Origin: the human T2T-CHM13v2.0 reference genome, Homo sapiens | NCBI RefSeq assembly: GCF_009914755.1 | Contig: NC_060926.1 | Reading direction: 5' to 3' (one strand) | DNA length: 64,000 nt | Shown: positions 1 to 16,112 of the stretch, in pieces | Position numbering within the stretch: position 1 is the stretch's first letter | Layout: every line of letters starts with the position of its first letter | Translations under genes and position numbers: made by a program | Notes under the pieces: generated by a model | What the model was told of the DNA's origin: nothing | The model's input: only the letters and a program-made list of their open reading frames with translations | Database searches by the model: none

Positions 1-117
1 GGAGCTGAGAGAATTTCATTTCCCTGTAGTGACAGAGTGTGTGTCCAGGGAGTTGCAGGATTTCCATGGCCACCCCTAGGCTCTCCTGACCTGTTCAACA
101 GTGACCATTCCTTCTGA

Positions 118-616
<499 letters not shown>

Positions 617-619
<3 letters not shown>

Positions 620-734
620 TACAGCACCTGGTATTCCCAGGTGGTCTCCCATCCAAGTGTTAACCAGGCCCGACCCTGCTTAGCTTCTGAGATCAGACGA
701 GATCAGGTGCGTTCAGGGTGGTATGGCCATTGAC
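617..734 (-). pseudogene. 5S rRNA pseudogene, essentially full length
   Basis: Reverse complement GTCAATGGCCATACCACCCTGAACGCACCTGATCTCGTCTG...GTGCTGTAGGC matches 5S rRNA with a few mostly CpG-type substitutions. Confidence 0.95.
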
Positions 735-1417
735 AATGTGCCGTTTGACAGCTGTCTTGTATTGTGTAAAGCTGTTCATACTACCTATATTTTGTGTCCC
801 AAATGAAGCAGTGCAGGTTAGGGGCAAGAGCATCAGCTTGGGCATCACACAGGACTGGGAACGTGTGGGCCATGCTGCTAGCACATAGTTGAATAGCTGT
901 GGGCCAATTGCTGGATCTCTCTGAACCTCCATTTCCTGTTTTGTAAAATGGTCTTCATATGACACTATGGTACCATCTACACAAATATCTTTGGAACGCT
1001 ACCATGTCCAGGCATTGCGCTCAGTCCTTATCAACCAATTCGATACATATTAAACCTCTAGTGTACGCGCAGCTGTGACAGATGGAAGAGAAATGAACCT
1101 GAATTTGGAGTCATGAGGCCCAGGTCTGTGTGCCGTGTGACCTTGGGTGAGTCATCCAACCCGAGCAAGCCTCAGCTTTTCCCTCCAGTAAAGAAGGTTG
1201 ATAAAACCCGACTGACAGACTGTTTGTAAGGACAAGTTAATTTCGAACTAGCTAGACGTGCTGAGTGCTTGTTAAGGATGGGTGGAACCCATTCTGGATT
1301 AGTCCCATAGGTCCTGGGCTTGTTGAGCCTGAGAATGCAGGCAGAGGAAAGGCCCTGGGGGAAGCTCTGAGGCCAGACAGCAGCTGCCTTGCTCATCACT
1401 CTTCTTCCCGCATCTAG

Positions 1418-1537
1418 GTGGTAGCCGAGTGGACAATGAGGAAGAGGAAGAAGAGGGAGAAGGAGGGCTGGAAACAAATGGCCCCCCAACCCCTTTCCAG
1501 CTGCACCCTCTGCCTGAAGGATGCTGTACCACAGACG
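1418..1537 (+). CDS. GREB1: GREB1 exon 3 (120 bp, phase 1-1): GGSRVDNEEEEEEGEGGLETNGPPTPFQLHPLPEGCCTTD
   Basis: ctag|GTGGT acceptor, GACG|gtgag donor. Confidence 0.96.
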
Positions 1538-1921
1538 GTGAGCCTCTGCCAGCTCCTGGCCAGGCAGTGCCTGCCATGCTGCCCGGAGGCAGTGGCCAGG
1601 CGGGTGACTGGGCCTGTGACTGTGTGCTGCAGGGGTCCTCTTTGCTCTTCCTCTTTGCTTTCCCTGAGGTGTGAGCCATGCCCCTGGGCCCGCAGCAGGT
1701 GCTGGCCCGGCCTGCCCTCCTGAAACAGGAGCTCCAGAGACACCATCCTGGGATGCTAAGGCAGGCCTCTGTGCCACTCTTTGGACAGTCTCAACTTTAC
1801 CAGTGGCTTGGGAGCCAGACATTCATTTTTCTGTGTTGGTTGCTTGGAACCTAGAATACATTTTCCCTACTCAGGCCTGTTTGCACAGCATATTGAACTC
1901 ACAAGTGATTAGGAGGAATAA

Positions 1922-2231
<310 letters not shown>

Positions 2232-3352
2232 TAATCTTTCATACCCATCAGTACGTCAATGTTGAACAGGCAGATACACATAATCTCAGGGACCCTGTAC
2301 AGTCAGTAATGGTACAGTTTCACTGTTGAGGAACAGAGGCCTGGAGATGCTGGATGGGTGGCAGCTTAGTCCTGTGCTGAGAGCTTGTGCTGTGCACTCA
2401 GGCTTGGTGTACACCCCTGACTCTGCCACCCATGAGCCACACGACCTCTTTGCTAGTGAGTTCATCTGTCTGACACCATGTCAGTCAAGTGGGGAGGCCA
2501 GTTAGTGGCGAGAACATCAGCTTGGGCATCAGACACAACTGGAACGTGCAGGCCATGCTGCTTAGCAGATAGTTGAATAGCTGCGGGCCAATCACTGCAT
2601 CTCTCTGAGCCTCTGCTTCCTTATTTGTAAAATGGTTTACATATGACACTATGGTACCCCCTATACAAATATTTCTGGAATGCCTACTATGTTCAGGCAT
2701 TGTGCTCAGTCCTTAGTTATTTAAGATAACTAACTGGGTATTATTAAATTAAGCAGTAATTGAAGTAATTATTGAACTCTTTGCTCTGGAAATATGGAGA
2801 TAAATGGGACGAGAGATCCCTGTTTGATGGGAGCTATACAGGAAAGTGGATACTTTGCACACAGTTGGGAGCAAGCAGGGGTGCATGGAGCAGAGGAGGG
2901 GCTCTAACGCAGGTAGAGAGTTTTGGGAAGGCTTCCTGGAGGAGGTGGCCCTTTGGGTTTTGGAGGATTAGTACGAGTCAGCCAGGAGACTGTGGAGGGG
3001 TTGGAGGAAGCTGGGAAGTTCCAGACAGAGGGAACAGCATGTGCAAAGGCTTAGTGGGTGAAATTACAGCTCATTTGGAGGAACTACTAGCAGATTATTT
3101 ACGTAGGGGCCTGAGGTGTGGCAGAGCCAGGCTTGGAGGAGTGATGAGACGTGGTGTGAAGGCCCCATGTGTTCTGCCTTGGGGACTGGACTTGACCCTG
3201 AGCATGATGACTGGGAGGGGAGGGACTCGGCCCTCGATGGGCTGCTCTTCCAGGCAAGGGGAAGGCAATATGGTGGCTCTTAGTGAGGTAGGACTTATAG
3301 TGTCCAAATATTTAAAAGGCCACTGAATTAAATGGTAAGAGGTGAACTCTTC

Positions 3353-3480
3353 AGCCAGGCATGGTGGCACAAGTAGTCAAGTCCCAGCTACCGGGAGGCT
3401 GAGGCAGGAGGATTGCTTGAACCCAGACTTTGAGGCCAGCCTGGGCAACATAGCAAGACCCTATCTCTTAAAAAAATAAA
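3353..3480 (+). mobile_element. Alu monomer (FLAM-like)
   Basis: Single arm plus A tail; flanking TAAGAGGT repeats. Confidence 0.75.
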
Positions 3481-3707
3481 TGTTAAGAGGTAGACTCTCC
3501 ATTGGTCATTAGATTTTCACATAATTTCCAAATAAATACAGTAAACACTGTGACTACTCATGGCCTACATCCCTCCAGCTCTTCAGAAGGCATGGACCAC
3601 ACTGGGCTGGGAGGGACCTAGGTCAGAGAGTTAGGGGACCCCCTGGGGATTGACCTTGACCTCATGGAATTGACCTCCCTTTCCCAAGCCAATGCAAGGA
3701 ACTGCCC

Positions 3708-4064
3708 TGTATTAGTCCATTTTCACACTGCTGATAAAGACATACCCAAGATTGGGCAATTTTCAAAAGAAACTGGTTTCCTAGACCCACAGTTCCACGT
3801 GGCTGGGGAGGCCTGACAATCATGGTGGAAGGTGAAAGGCACATCACATGGCAGCAGACAAGACAGGAGAGCTGGTGTGGGGAAACTCCCCTTTTAAAAA
3901 CCATCAGATCTCATGAGACAAACTCACTATCACAAGAATAGCGTGGGAAAGACCCACCCCCATGATTCAGTTACCTCCCACCGTATCCCTCCCACAATAT
4001 GTGGGAATTGTGGGAATTACAGTTTAAGATGAGCTGTGGGTGGGGGCACAGCCAGACCATATCA
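3708..4064 (-). mobile_element. THE1 (MaLR) solo LTR
   Basis: TGTATTAGTCCATTTTCAC...CCATATCA termini; 5-bp TSD TGCCC. Confidence 0.9.
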
Positions 4065-4974
4065 TGCCCCAGACCTGGGAGTCAGCTTGGCCTCCCTTCC
4101 TGGTCCACCTCTCTGTAGCTTGCAGCAAATCACTCAGCCTCTCTGAGCCTCAGTTTCCCTATCTTCAAAATGGGAACAGCCACACTTTGCTGCAGGTGAT
4201 GAGATGAGAGCTTTGCAGAGCCTGCCTCACTGGTGCCTGGTGTGTGGTGGTGCTGGCCCCATGCCTGCCAGCGTCTCCCCCACAGGTGTTGCTTTCTCCT
4301 GCCCCCGCCCAGGGGCACATGGGAAACCACAGAGCAAATGCATGGTGAGTGGGGAAGCACTGCACTCAGGAGGAAAGTCTTCATGACCTCCTGTAGAGCT
4401 CTGCTGGGAAGGCCTTGGCTCGTCAGGACTCCCAGAGAGGTCTCAGTCGGGAGCTAAAGCTACAGGAAGCACAGGAGATGGGGCTGGGTGTGCCCTTACC
4501 TGGGACAAGACCCTGGAAAAGCCTTATCCAAATTAGTCTCAGCTGGCTCTCTATTTTACCTTTCCCCTTGCCAGATGTTTGTAGAAATGTATTATTTGAA
4601 TAGGAAATGTATTTACAAGCTCCAACACGCAAAAGGTTCTGAAGGGCATGGAATGAGAATCCCTGTGCTCTCGGCCGGCTCAGTGCCTGTGTCCTGGCCG
4701 CCAGTCCTCCCCATGACCCCCTAGCGGAAACTGACGCTATCAGATTCTCAGCCTTCGTTTTTCATGATGGCCTCTTTCTCATCCCCATAAAATGCAGCAT
4801 GTAAAAAACATCAGAGGACCCTCAGTTTCTTGTGGATTTATCTTGTTTATGTTTCCGTTTGCCGTCATGTGTTTAAAATTTCTTCCTGTTGAGCTTCATT
4901 TGCACATTAATGTGCATCACATGGTGGCACCGATACACAAATAACGTGTGATCTGTGTCGTGGATAACTATGAT

Positions 4975-5329
<355 letters not shown>

Positions 5330-5434
5330 TAAGGGTTTCTCCTGAGCAGACCCAGAACGTTTCCTCCCTTTGCCCCTGTGACCCCGCTTCTGGGAAGCCC
5401 TGGGCAGCGTGTGAACCCTGTCCACCCCTCCTAG

Positions 5435-5611
5435 GGTTTTGCCAGGCCGGGAAGGACCTGCGCCTTGTCTCCATTTCCAACGAGCCCATGGATGTCCCTG
5501 CGGGCTTTCTCCTCGTGGGGGTCAAGTCCCCCAGCCTGCCGGACCATCTCCTGGTGTGCGCCGTTGACAAGAGGTTCTTGCCAGATGACAATGGCCACAA
5601 TGCTCTTCTTG
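5435..5611 (+). CDS. GREB1: GREB1 exon 4 (177 bp): [18 protein letters not shown]...DDNGHNALL
   Basis: ctag|GGTTT, CTTG|gtaagt. Confidence 0.96.
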
Positions 5612-6061
5612 GTAAGTACTGCTTTGTCATCCTCTGTGGCTCCTTCTGCATGGGGTAGAGCAGGGTCAAGGGAGGTCACGGCGGGGGGTGGTGGCAACAG
5701 AGGGACCATCTTTGGGACCCCAGGCGCAGCATGCAGCCCTGTTTCTGTTTTTTGGTAGATGAGTTCTTTGTGGAATGGAATGCAAATGAGATGCATTTAC
5801 AGTATGACTGCATCCCTGCAGAAAGCTCACCATTTAGCATTCATTTTTCATACATTTATTCCTCAAACCTCCTTAAGTGCCTGCTTGTGTCAAGAATGGG
5901 TGACAAACCCTGTCCTAGGCAGTCTCAGAAACAGCCTACAGAGGCAGAGGAGAATGAGGCCGAGTGTGTTGCTGCTTCCAGAATGTTCTGTCCTGAAGGA
6001 CTGCCAGGCACCCTGTATCTGTTTTCCCCTTTGGTTTATCACTCATCTCTCAATACATGGT

Positions 6062-6379
6062 CTGTTTGTTTGCTTGTTTGTTTGTTTATTTATTTTGAGA
6101 CAGAGTCTCTCTCTGTCGCCCAGGCTGGAGTGCAGTGTTTACTGTCTCAGCTCACTGCGACCCCCACCTCCTGGGTTCAAGTGATTCTCCTGCCTCAGCC
6201 AACCAAATAGCTGGTATTACAGGTGTGCACCACCACATCCGGCTAATTTTTGTATTTTTAGTAGAGATGGGGTTTCACCATGTTGGCCAGGCTGGTCTCG
6301 AACTCCTGGCCTCAAGTGATCTGCCCACCTTGGCCTCCCAAAGTCCTGGGATTACAAGCATGAGCCACCACGCCCAGCC
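6062..6379 (-). mobile_element. Alu
   Basis: Alu consensus. Confidence 0.92.
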
Positions 6380-9080
6380 AAGAGGTGGTCTTTATTACCC
6401 CAGTTTTATAGGTGAGCTTGGATCTGTTAAATTGCTCAAGGCCGCGTGAGTAAAGAGGACAGAGCCAGGATTCAAACCCAAGTCTTCCTGGCTCCAGATT
6501 CTACCCGGTACCATCCCACGTGGTCTTGACCATGTTGTGGTCAAGGTCAAGGTGGGGGAGCCACCGTTTTCCCTTCCAGCCACCGGCACCACTAGCCTTT
6601 GATCTTTCCAACAACCGCTGGCCCACTAAGGCTCTGAGTGCAGAGCTGAGGCCAGGCCTTGCCAAGCCTGGCTGCCTTTGCTCATATGATGTAATTGAGT
6701 TCTTACTGTGTGCCGGGCCATCACTCAGCAGGCTCCCCCATTGTGGAGTAAAATCTAGGGACACCTGAGGTGTGGACTGAGAGCCCGGGGATCTGGGTTC
6801 CTGCCCTGCATCTGCCCACAGGTCCCTGTGTATCCCCCTGGGCTTCTGCGTCCTCATCCATGAAGCGGGGAGGTGACTTCCACATGTGCCCTGGCCCTTT
6901 GGCAGTCTGTTCTCATCCCGTGACTGTGGGTCCGGCCCCTCCGTCTGGCCTGGCATCTTCTTTGGAGGAAATCTGGGCAGGAGGCAGGATTGGTAATAAT
7001 CCACTTCAGATGTAGCCTCAGGAACGGTCTTCATGCAGAAGCAAATTTGATTGTGAGAATTTATGGGAAAAACTTCTAAGTTGAAAACCCCCACAATTTC
7101 TTACATATTTTCCATGAGTATAGACCTTGAAGCCTCCAGTTTTGCGCTTGATACAGTTCCAAAAGCTGGGAGGATAAACTCACTCCACGGGTAGTTACTG
7201 AGCACACTGTATGTCTGAGAAGCTGTGCAAAGGATGAAGAATGGAGAGAGGGGAGAAGAAAACGCAATGGTTCCTGCCACAGAGGCGCTGGGGACACACA
7301 CGTGTGTGAACTCTGACACGAGGCAGGTGAATGCTCACTCGAGGGACAGCACCACTAGACAGTGATGAAGGAGAGAAAACATTTTGGCCAACTCTTTTGA
7401 GGCAGGCTCATGGAGTCACTGTAACTAGTTCTCTAAAACAGAACCATTCCAGAAAACCCACTCTAGCAAAGAAGCTGATGGAATAATTCAATGACAGACT
7501 GAACGCTTACGACAGTCGCCCAGGATGAAAGTGAGTACGCGAGGCCATGCCTGGTGGCCACCTTAGCGTTTGATCTGGCGGTGGCCGGGGATTCATCTGG
7601 ATCCCACCACTTTGTGACTGTAAAGGAATTGCCAGGGTAGTAAATCAAGGAGGCTCTGCCTCTTGGCCCGCAGAGAGGAGGATCTTCCAGTTCCTTCACC
7701 ACCAGCCCAGTAACAGAGCCAGCTCATCGAGGAGAGGAAGTGTAGGAGCTTTGTTAATTGCTTGCCAGAGCCATCTGAAATGGGTGACAAGGCCTGGTTG
7801 GTAATAACCATTGCTTTCTTCTTTTAATAAAATAACTTTATGCTCTCAGCTTGCATACTTAACACTGTTTAGGTTTCCTGCAATTAAGTCTGATGGCTAT
7901 ACAGGACAAGGTGGTCCGCTCCAGCCCTGCAGCGGCAGGGCTCAGTGCTTTTTAGTGATCTATAAAATACAGGCTGGGTAATACCTTGAGGGAAGCAGCA
8001 GTATTAGGAGACTTGTTTTTGTGACTTTTAATCAACTCAGGTATTTTATCTGAAAAAGCTGAAAGATTAAAATCTAGGTGTGTGTTTCAGTTTATTGCCC
8101 GGTAATTTATCTAAATGGGTTGACAGCTCAGACATAAAAAAGGAAAACATATTCCGCTAGATTGTTTTTTCTTAGATGGGAGTAAACAAATCCTTTGTTC
8201 ATTCAGCATGCAAAGAATTCAGCATGCATTTACGGAATATATAACGTGAAATGAAAGCCTGGACCTTCAGTTACGTCTAGGGGCTGGGTGGGGGGATGCA
8301 GGCACACCAAGAATCAGCCTAGAAGTCCACAACAAACGACTCTGTCAGTAAATCTTACAATACATCCATGTGCGACATGGTCCAGCAGAGACGGTAAGGT
8401 GCTCCGGCAATCGGAGGAGCACACCGGCTCCCAGTGAGGATGGGAATGGGAGGATGTGGTATCTGAGTTGGGCCCTGAAAAATGAGTGGAATTCTGCCAA
8501 TTGGAGAATAACAGCAACAGAAACCAAGCACTAATAGCAGTCGGCACTTTTTGAGCATTTATCGTGTGCCAGAAACTGCACGAAATAAGTTAAAATAGCC
8601 AATGCAGTGGGTCTATTATTATCTAGAGTTATATACAGAGATGAAGGCACAGAGAGGCTAACTGACTTGCTCAGGGCCACCCTGCTGTTTGAACCCCGAG
8701 GGTCTGGCCCTGGTGCCCAGGTCCTGGAGGATGAAGGGCATCTCAGCAGAGGGACCTCCCTGTACATGACAGCGTGGCACACTGGAGAGGTGGCGAGAGT
8801 GCTCTGTGGCTGGAGCGGAGGCTGGTGGAGAGCGTGGCGGGGTGGGGTGCCCAGCTGGGTTCTGCTTGGAAAAGGAGCTATTTTCAAACTATGGAAGTAC
8901 AGAGTCTCATGGTATGAGGTGATCTAGCCTTCTTTAAAGGTTACCAACACGTGGCCAGTCTTGTTTCATTGATAATGTCCCCCTCTTCTCCCTTTCTGGG
9001 ATTATTTTGAAACAAATCCCAGACATTGTATCACTTCATCTGTAAATATATCGGCAGGGCATTATCTCTAAAAGATAATG

Positions 9081-9371
9081 GGGCCAGGTGTGGTGGCTCA
9101 TGCCTGTAATCCCAGTACTTTGGGAGGCTGCGGGGAGTGGATCACCTGAGGCCAGGAGTTTGAGACTAGCCTGGCCAGCGTGGTGAAACCCTGTCTCTAC
9201 TAAAAATACAAAAATTAGCTGGCCGTGGTGGCACATGCCTGTAATCCCAGCTACTCGGGAGGCTGAGACAGGAAAATCACTTGAACCTGGGAGGTTGCAG
9301 TGAGCTGAGATGAAGCCATTTCACTCCAGTCTAGGCGACAAGAGTGAAACTCCATTAAAAAAAAAAAAAAA
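9081..9371 (+). mobile_element. Alu
   Basis: Alu consensus; TSD AAAAGATAA. Confidence 0.92.
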
Positions 9372-10659
9372 AGATAACGGCTTTTCATTAGAAATCCAAT
9401 ACAATTATCATATCTAAAAGATTTAACAGGTATTTAATATTATCAAATATTCAGGGTGTTCGAATTGTTATCTTATACTTTTTTTTTTTTAAAGCAATTG
9501 GTGCATTTGTATCAAGATCCAGACAAGGGAGTTCTAAAGCATTTGGTTGCTGTATCTCTTCAATTTTTCTTTATGTGTAGGTCCTTCCTCCCTAGTTTTA
9601 CCCTTATAATTGATATTTTTAAGGATATTTAGAGTGTTAGATGTTAAATTTAGATGACTGTTTTAATTTGTGTTTTAGGAAGATCTCTTAGAAGTCAGAT
9701 ACACAATTGATTTTTAGGCAAAGGGAGAAACTGAGGCAGAAGAACTAGTTATGAACTTATTGCAGGATTCTAGAGGAGTACGATGGCCTGAGAATTATAT
9801 GTTTCAAACCTCCCAACATCATACTATTTACCACCCCTGAGTGCTTCATCTTCCGCGGGAACACCTGGGACCCCTGCCCCACTTCCTGTCTCACCTGGAA
9901 TCCTGGTACGGCTCCTTAGGCTTCCCCAACACAAGGAGGTCATTTCTACACTTGAGCTGGGGTTTGGCCAAAATACCAAGGCAGGGGCTCTGGATATATA
10001 TATATATAAAACGTTGTTTTCCTTTCCCATGGTCTTTTCCTTTCTCCATCAAGGTGGGGATTTAAAATAATGTTCCCCAGGTTTTGTTTTTTCTTTTTTT
10101 CAATTAATATGGCACACAATGAGCCAAAGATGATCTTATTTTTGTCCCAAGTAACTGTTTATTTTCAGGCACGGGGAGGGTGGTCATTAGTTGCTAGGTA
10201 TAGTGTGTGCTCGTCTGAGCTCATGAGCTTTCAAGGCTCATTATTTGGAAGGAACATAGAGTTGCTGTTCAGGCCCAATTTAAATCCCACTTGCCAGGAT
10301 GTCTTCCTGGAATTGCCTTCCTAAATTACTCCTGCTGTTTCCTCATTCTTCTCTGCAGCACACTGTGCTGGAACAGCCAGTCCCATCTTGGCAGAGAAGT
10401 ACTTCCTGCCTTGGGGCTGCAGGTTTGCCATCTATAAAGGGGATAAAGATGTACGCGGTACCTGACTGCGGTTTTGAGGATAACTCCGCTCTTTATATGA
10501 TGATCTTTATAAACTCGAAAATGCTGCCCAAATTTGAGGAACTACTGTCGTTGCTACCGGTACTTCTGCCTCAATCATGGGATTATTTAATTGTGTCTGT
10601 TCCTTCTTCCTAACAGGGACCATTTCTTTTTTTAACCAAAAACAATACCCAATTAATGA

Positions 10660-11094
<435 letters not shown>

Positions 11095-14000
11095 TAGGGC
11101 CAAGTGGCCCTCTGCGCAGGGACAGTGGCCTAGAGTAAGGCCCTTCTGAGCATCCACTCTCCTGGGAAGGCACTGGATGGAGGCATCAGGCCTGGGGGAC
11201 AGGTCTGTGGCTCCCAGCTCTGGTGCAGTGGCTGTCAGCGAGATCTGCTTGGACTGTGGTTCTAGAAGAAAGGTCAGGTGCAGGTGGGCTTCTAGAGGCA
11301 TCCCTGAGGTTTTGTGGGAGGACTCCTCTCTGCAGAGGGAGTGGCCCCAGCAGTAAACCTGGGCCATCTCCAGCCTGCTATGAGCCAAGTGCTCAGAGAC
11401 CACTGGGTCTGAAGGAAGCCACCTATGGATGCTTCCAAGAAGAATCATGTCACTTTGGTCCTAGAAGGAGGCATAGGGCCGATTTAGTCATAGCCTTCCC
11501 TTTGATGGTTGGAACATGGAAACCCAGAGAAATGGAGCTGCTTCCTCCACATCTCACACTGTTGTGGGGGGCTATATATTTGCTCCCCTAGGGCCACATG
11601 TGAGTGTCATGACCCCCACTGTGCTCTCTCCTTCCTAATACACTTAGTCCAGGGTAGAGGAAGGAGGGATGCTTGCAGAGTGCCCCTGACATGTTAGATA
11701 TCTCGTAGGCACTTAACCCGCATAGTGCTCCTACAAGGTGGGTTTTTGGGAGGAGATGGGTTCAAATCCTAACTCCAGCACTTTCTACCCTGTAGCCGTG
11801 GCTTGGTCACCCTGTACCATGGATGGGTTTCTGTTTCTCCCTCTGCCTTGCTGTTTTCATCTGTAAACTGGGACACTGCTACTGATTGTTTTGTTGGGCT
11901 TCATGAGGTTTAAATGAGAACGTTTATAATGTGCTTGGCACAGTGCCTGGCCCATGATAGGTGCACTATGAAGCCGCTGTTGTCGGCTTGTTGACAGACG
12001 GGGAAAGCAAAGCTCAGAGGTGTTAGTTACCTGCCTCACATCACCTAACTGTAGTTAGGATTTGAACCCAGGCCCCTCAGACATCCAGGCTTATGCACAC
12101 TCCCTTGCAGGGGCTGGGGGAGTGGATGTAGTTGTCCTCTCAGCAGAAGGGGAGAGGCTTCCTCAGTGGCCAGCACACATAGCCGCCCAGGACGTGCTTG
12201 TTAAACAAATGCTACCTGCAGCTGCTGAACTAGACACAGGAAAATCACAGGGTGTGGCTGTGCGTGGTGACAAGAGTCGTGTTTAAGATGGACTGTTTTC
12301 CATGGTGAGGACACTGAAGGAAGAATTTCGATTCTGGATATCCACACCCGGCAGGAATTTGAGATTTCAGGCAGGATCCCATGCTTTCTAAGCCTATCAT
12401 GTAAAGAAAACTTTCTAGACTTTCAAGTCCTAAGGTAGATTTCTGAAGAGAACGGCTCATTATTTTCCTCTTTCTCATGAACATTTTTGTTGCCTTTCCC
12501 ATACCTTCTTGGAGGGTTGGCATTTCCGGTCTCTCCCAGGGCCGGTTGGGAAGCTGTCTGTGGTTTTCTTGGTTGGCCTCTGTGGCTATCTCTCCAAGAC
12601 ACCTCACAGAAGAGCAGCTGGGTCTCCTGACCAGAAAGTTTTTGCCAAAGCAGAAAAGCAGTTTGCTTGCTGAGTCCCTAAATGTTTCCTGTACCAGCAA
12701 GACCCAGGGTGTCCACCCTCATTTCTGAATCACAAAGGGCTCCCTGTGCTTCCCATCCCAGCGGAGGAGATGGAGACGGCCTCTGCAGCACAGCGACGGT
12801 CCCCAGCCCGTGTTTCTTATGGGACAGAGGCCTGTAACCTGCTTAGCTGTCTCTGGAGAGGTTTGACAGCCTGGCCTTGGCAAGTTGCTCTTAGTTTCTT
12901 GCAGTTCTGTTTCCTGTTCATCCATCTTTTTAACACCAGGCTTAGAAGCCCTTCCAGGGAGCTCTGAAGGTTTCTTCGGGCCTTGTTCTTAGGCAGCAGT
13001 TGAGCTGGGTTTATCTCAAGCGTCCCTAAGTTGGAGGTGAAGGAATAAACAAAGACATGAGGTTATTCCTTCAGAGTGCTTACAGAAACCCTAACAGGCT
13101 GTGTTTACAGTTACCCTGTTTCCTCTCTTCTTTCTTCCCTCTCGATGTTAACCGGCTGCCTGCCACGTGTTGGGTATTAGTCAGTACCTGTACACTGGCA
13201 CACACACAGCTCACACGTGCAGTCATGCTGCGAGCTTAGAGGAATAATGATGGGAAAAAGACACAAATTTCAATCACTGGGATGTTCAGAGGCCCCTGAG
13301 CTACAGGAAGAGTCTGGAAGAAAGTGCCAGCCAGCCTTTGGGTCACAGAAGGCTCTTGGGAATAGGCGTCGGAGCAGGATGTTGAGTGAGGGCTGGAGGT
13401 GTACAGGTGGGGCCCCCAGAGGAAAGGATGAGCCTGTGGGTGGAGGGCAGTGGGAGCGGGCTGGGTTGAAAGGCAGGGGAGTCCAGCTGGGAATTAGCAT
13501 ATCAGAGGAAGGACAGGAATAAAGCTGGAGATGAAGGCTAGGGGGCATTGGGGCAGCCTCGGATGCCAGGCCTGTGGGTGAGAACATCATCCTCAGGCTG
13601 GAGTTGAATGCCACACTTTCTGTACCTATGGATTTGAACAATTGGCCTCTCTGGTTCTCTGATTTCACAAAGAAGGACTTGCCCTCCAGGTTGACTGGCT
13701 CCTGTGTCACTTGTGGGTTGAGATGAATGACAAGAATGGCCCTGGTTCCCTGTGAGTGTTAGTTCCCTGCCTGTCCCATGGAAAGCGAGCACATGGAGAG
13801 GACAGTATTTCATGCCAGGACCTTACTGTTTGTGCTGGCACAGAGGGAATAGGACTGTGGAAGGTAAACTATCCTGTAACTGTCCTATGGCGAGGCCAAG
13901 AGATCTGTCCTTATTTCTAACGCCTTTTGAGAAAGACTAGATGTGCTCAAAGTAGATCAGGGAGTCCTGTAGGCCTCTGTAATGTAGATGTCTTATTTAT

Positions 14001-15058
14001 CTGTGGAGATGTTTTTAACCTTCACTAACTGGAGTTATTCTGAACACTAGCCAGAGACCTTAGGGAAACTGTTTTAGAGCAGAGTTACACACAGAGCCGG
14101 GTGGCCCTCACGGCCTAAGGCACGATGACCTTTGTAGACTTATCAAATGGAGAATATGATACATGAGTCTTAGCTTCAGCATCTCCCCAGCCAAAGACCT
14201 TTGAGCCCAAAGAAACCAGACATACCAGTGGGTGAAACAAGGCCGTCTTAAGATCGTTTAAATAAGAGCAGTCAGCCTGGGCAGAAGCCCAGTCTTCACA
14301 TTTCTCATCTTAACCAACGCTCCCAATGCCTATGGTCTGAATAGGCTTTACAGTGTATGAAGGTCTTTTCAAGCACATTCTCTGGATTTTAATAGCTTCC
14401 AGGAGGTGGTTTGGTTGTTGCCACTGCGTAGGAAGCCTGCTTAGAGTCTCACAGCTGATGGAAGCCTCCATCACCTCCCAGAAAGTCAGTTGTAGGCCTG
14501 GTGCAGAGGCCAGCAGCAGCAAGATAGTCACATTCTAGCAGAGTGTCTCCATCCACTGGCTGCTAAGCCACGGAATTCACTCACCAGCATGCTGGCCAGA
14601 TATTGTGAAGCGCTCCTGATTTCTTTTCAGAAACTCACGGGATCAACTTGATAGCAGGATGGAATTTTGGACTCTTAGGAGGTCTCCCAGTGTAGCCCAT
14701 CTCACTAGTCACATTGCTTTGAGAGTCTGTAACTAACCCACCCCCACGGAAATAAGAGCCTGTCGCATCATTTCAGGTGCCTGATCTGTGTAGACAGTGG
14801 AATGGGATGGCTCTTGTCTTGCAAAGTTTGCTCTCTACATAGGTGTTTAAGTGGGCCCTCAAGCACGTTAAATCTTCCAAGTTTGCCCAGGCCCATCTCT
14901 ATCACTAAGTCTTCCTGGTCCTCTTTCATTCGAGTTGAGGCCGTCTTCACCTCTGGGCTAGTCTAAGAGGGTGGGGTGCTTGCCTTGTGGCGTTCTCTGG
15001 CTGGTGGTGCAGGAAGTGAACCTTCAGAGTTTGGATGAACTCTGTCTTATTTGAAAAG

Positions 15059-15276
<218 letters not shown>

Positions 15277-15307
15277 AAAGATGTTTATGGTTTACTTCCT
15301 TCTCCAG

Positions 15308-15490
15308 GTTTCTCTGGGAATTGTGTTGGCTGTGGAAAGAAAGGCTTCTGTTACTTCACGGAATTCTCCAATCATATAAATCTGAAACTGACCACTCAAC
15401 CCAAGAAGCAGAAACACTTGAAGTATTACCTGGTCCGTAATGCACAAGGGACTCTAACCAAAGGACCTTTAATCTGTTGGAAAGGCTCAG
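15308..15490 (+). CDS. GREB1: GREB1 exon 5 (183 bp): [17 protein letters not shown]...LICWKGS
   Basis: ccag|GTTTC, TCAG|gtgag; contained in ORF 15199..15696. Confidence 0.96.
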
Positions 15491-15707
15491 GTGAGCAGGT
15501 TGGCTGTGGAGGAGGTATGGGAGTGCTGGGCCCCCAAGTGGGCCGTGGTGCCTGTCGGTGTGATGCTGGGGAGAGGCCCCTGCATAGCAGCACACATCAC
15601 GGGCAAAAGGCCAGGCCTATGAAATGGAAAATGCTCCTTTGCGTTACGGGCGTTAAGCTGGTTGACAGTGACAGTCTAATTGGATGGGATGTTTAAAAGT
15701 CGACAGA

Positions 15708-16084
<377 letters not shown>

Positions 16085-16112
16085 TCATCTCCCCAGATTG
16101 AGTGGTTCATCC

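Noticed and set aside
1172-1822. 216-aa antisense ORF over exon 3
   Set aside because: Shadow of a GC-rich coding exon and its flanks; no recognisable protein
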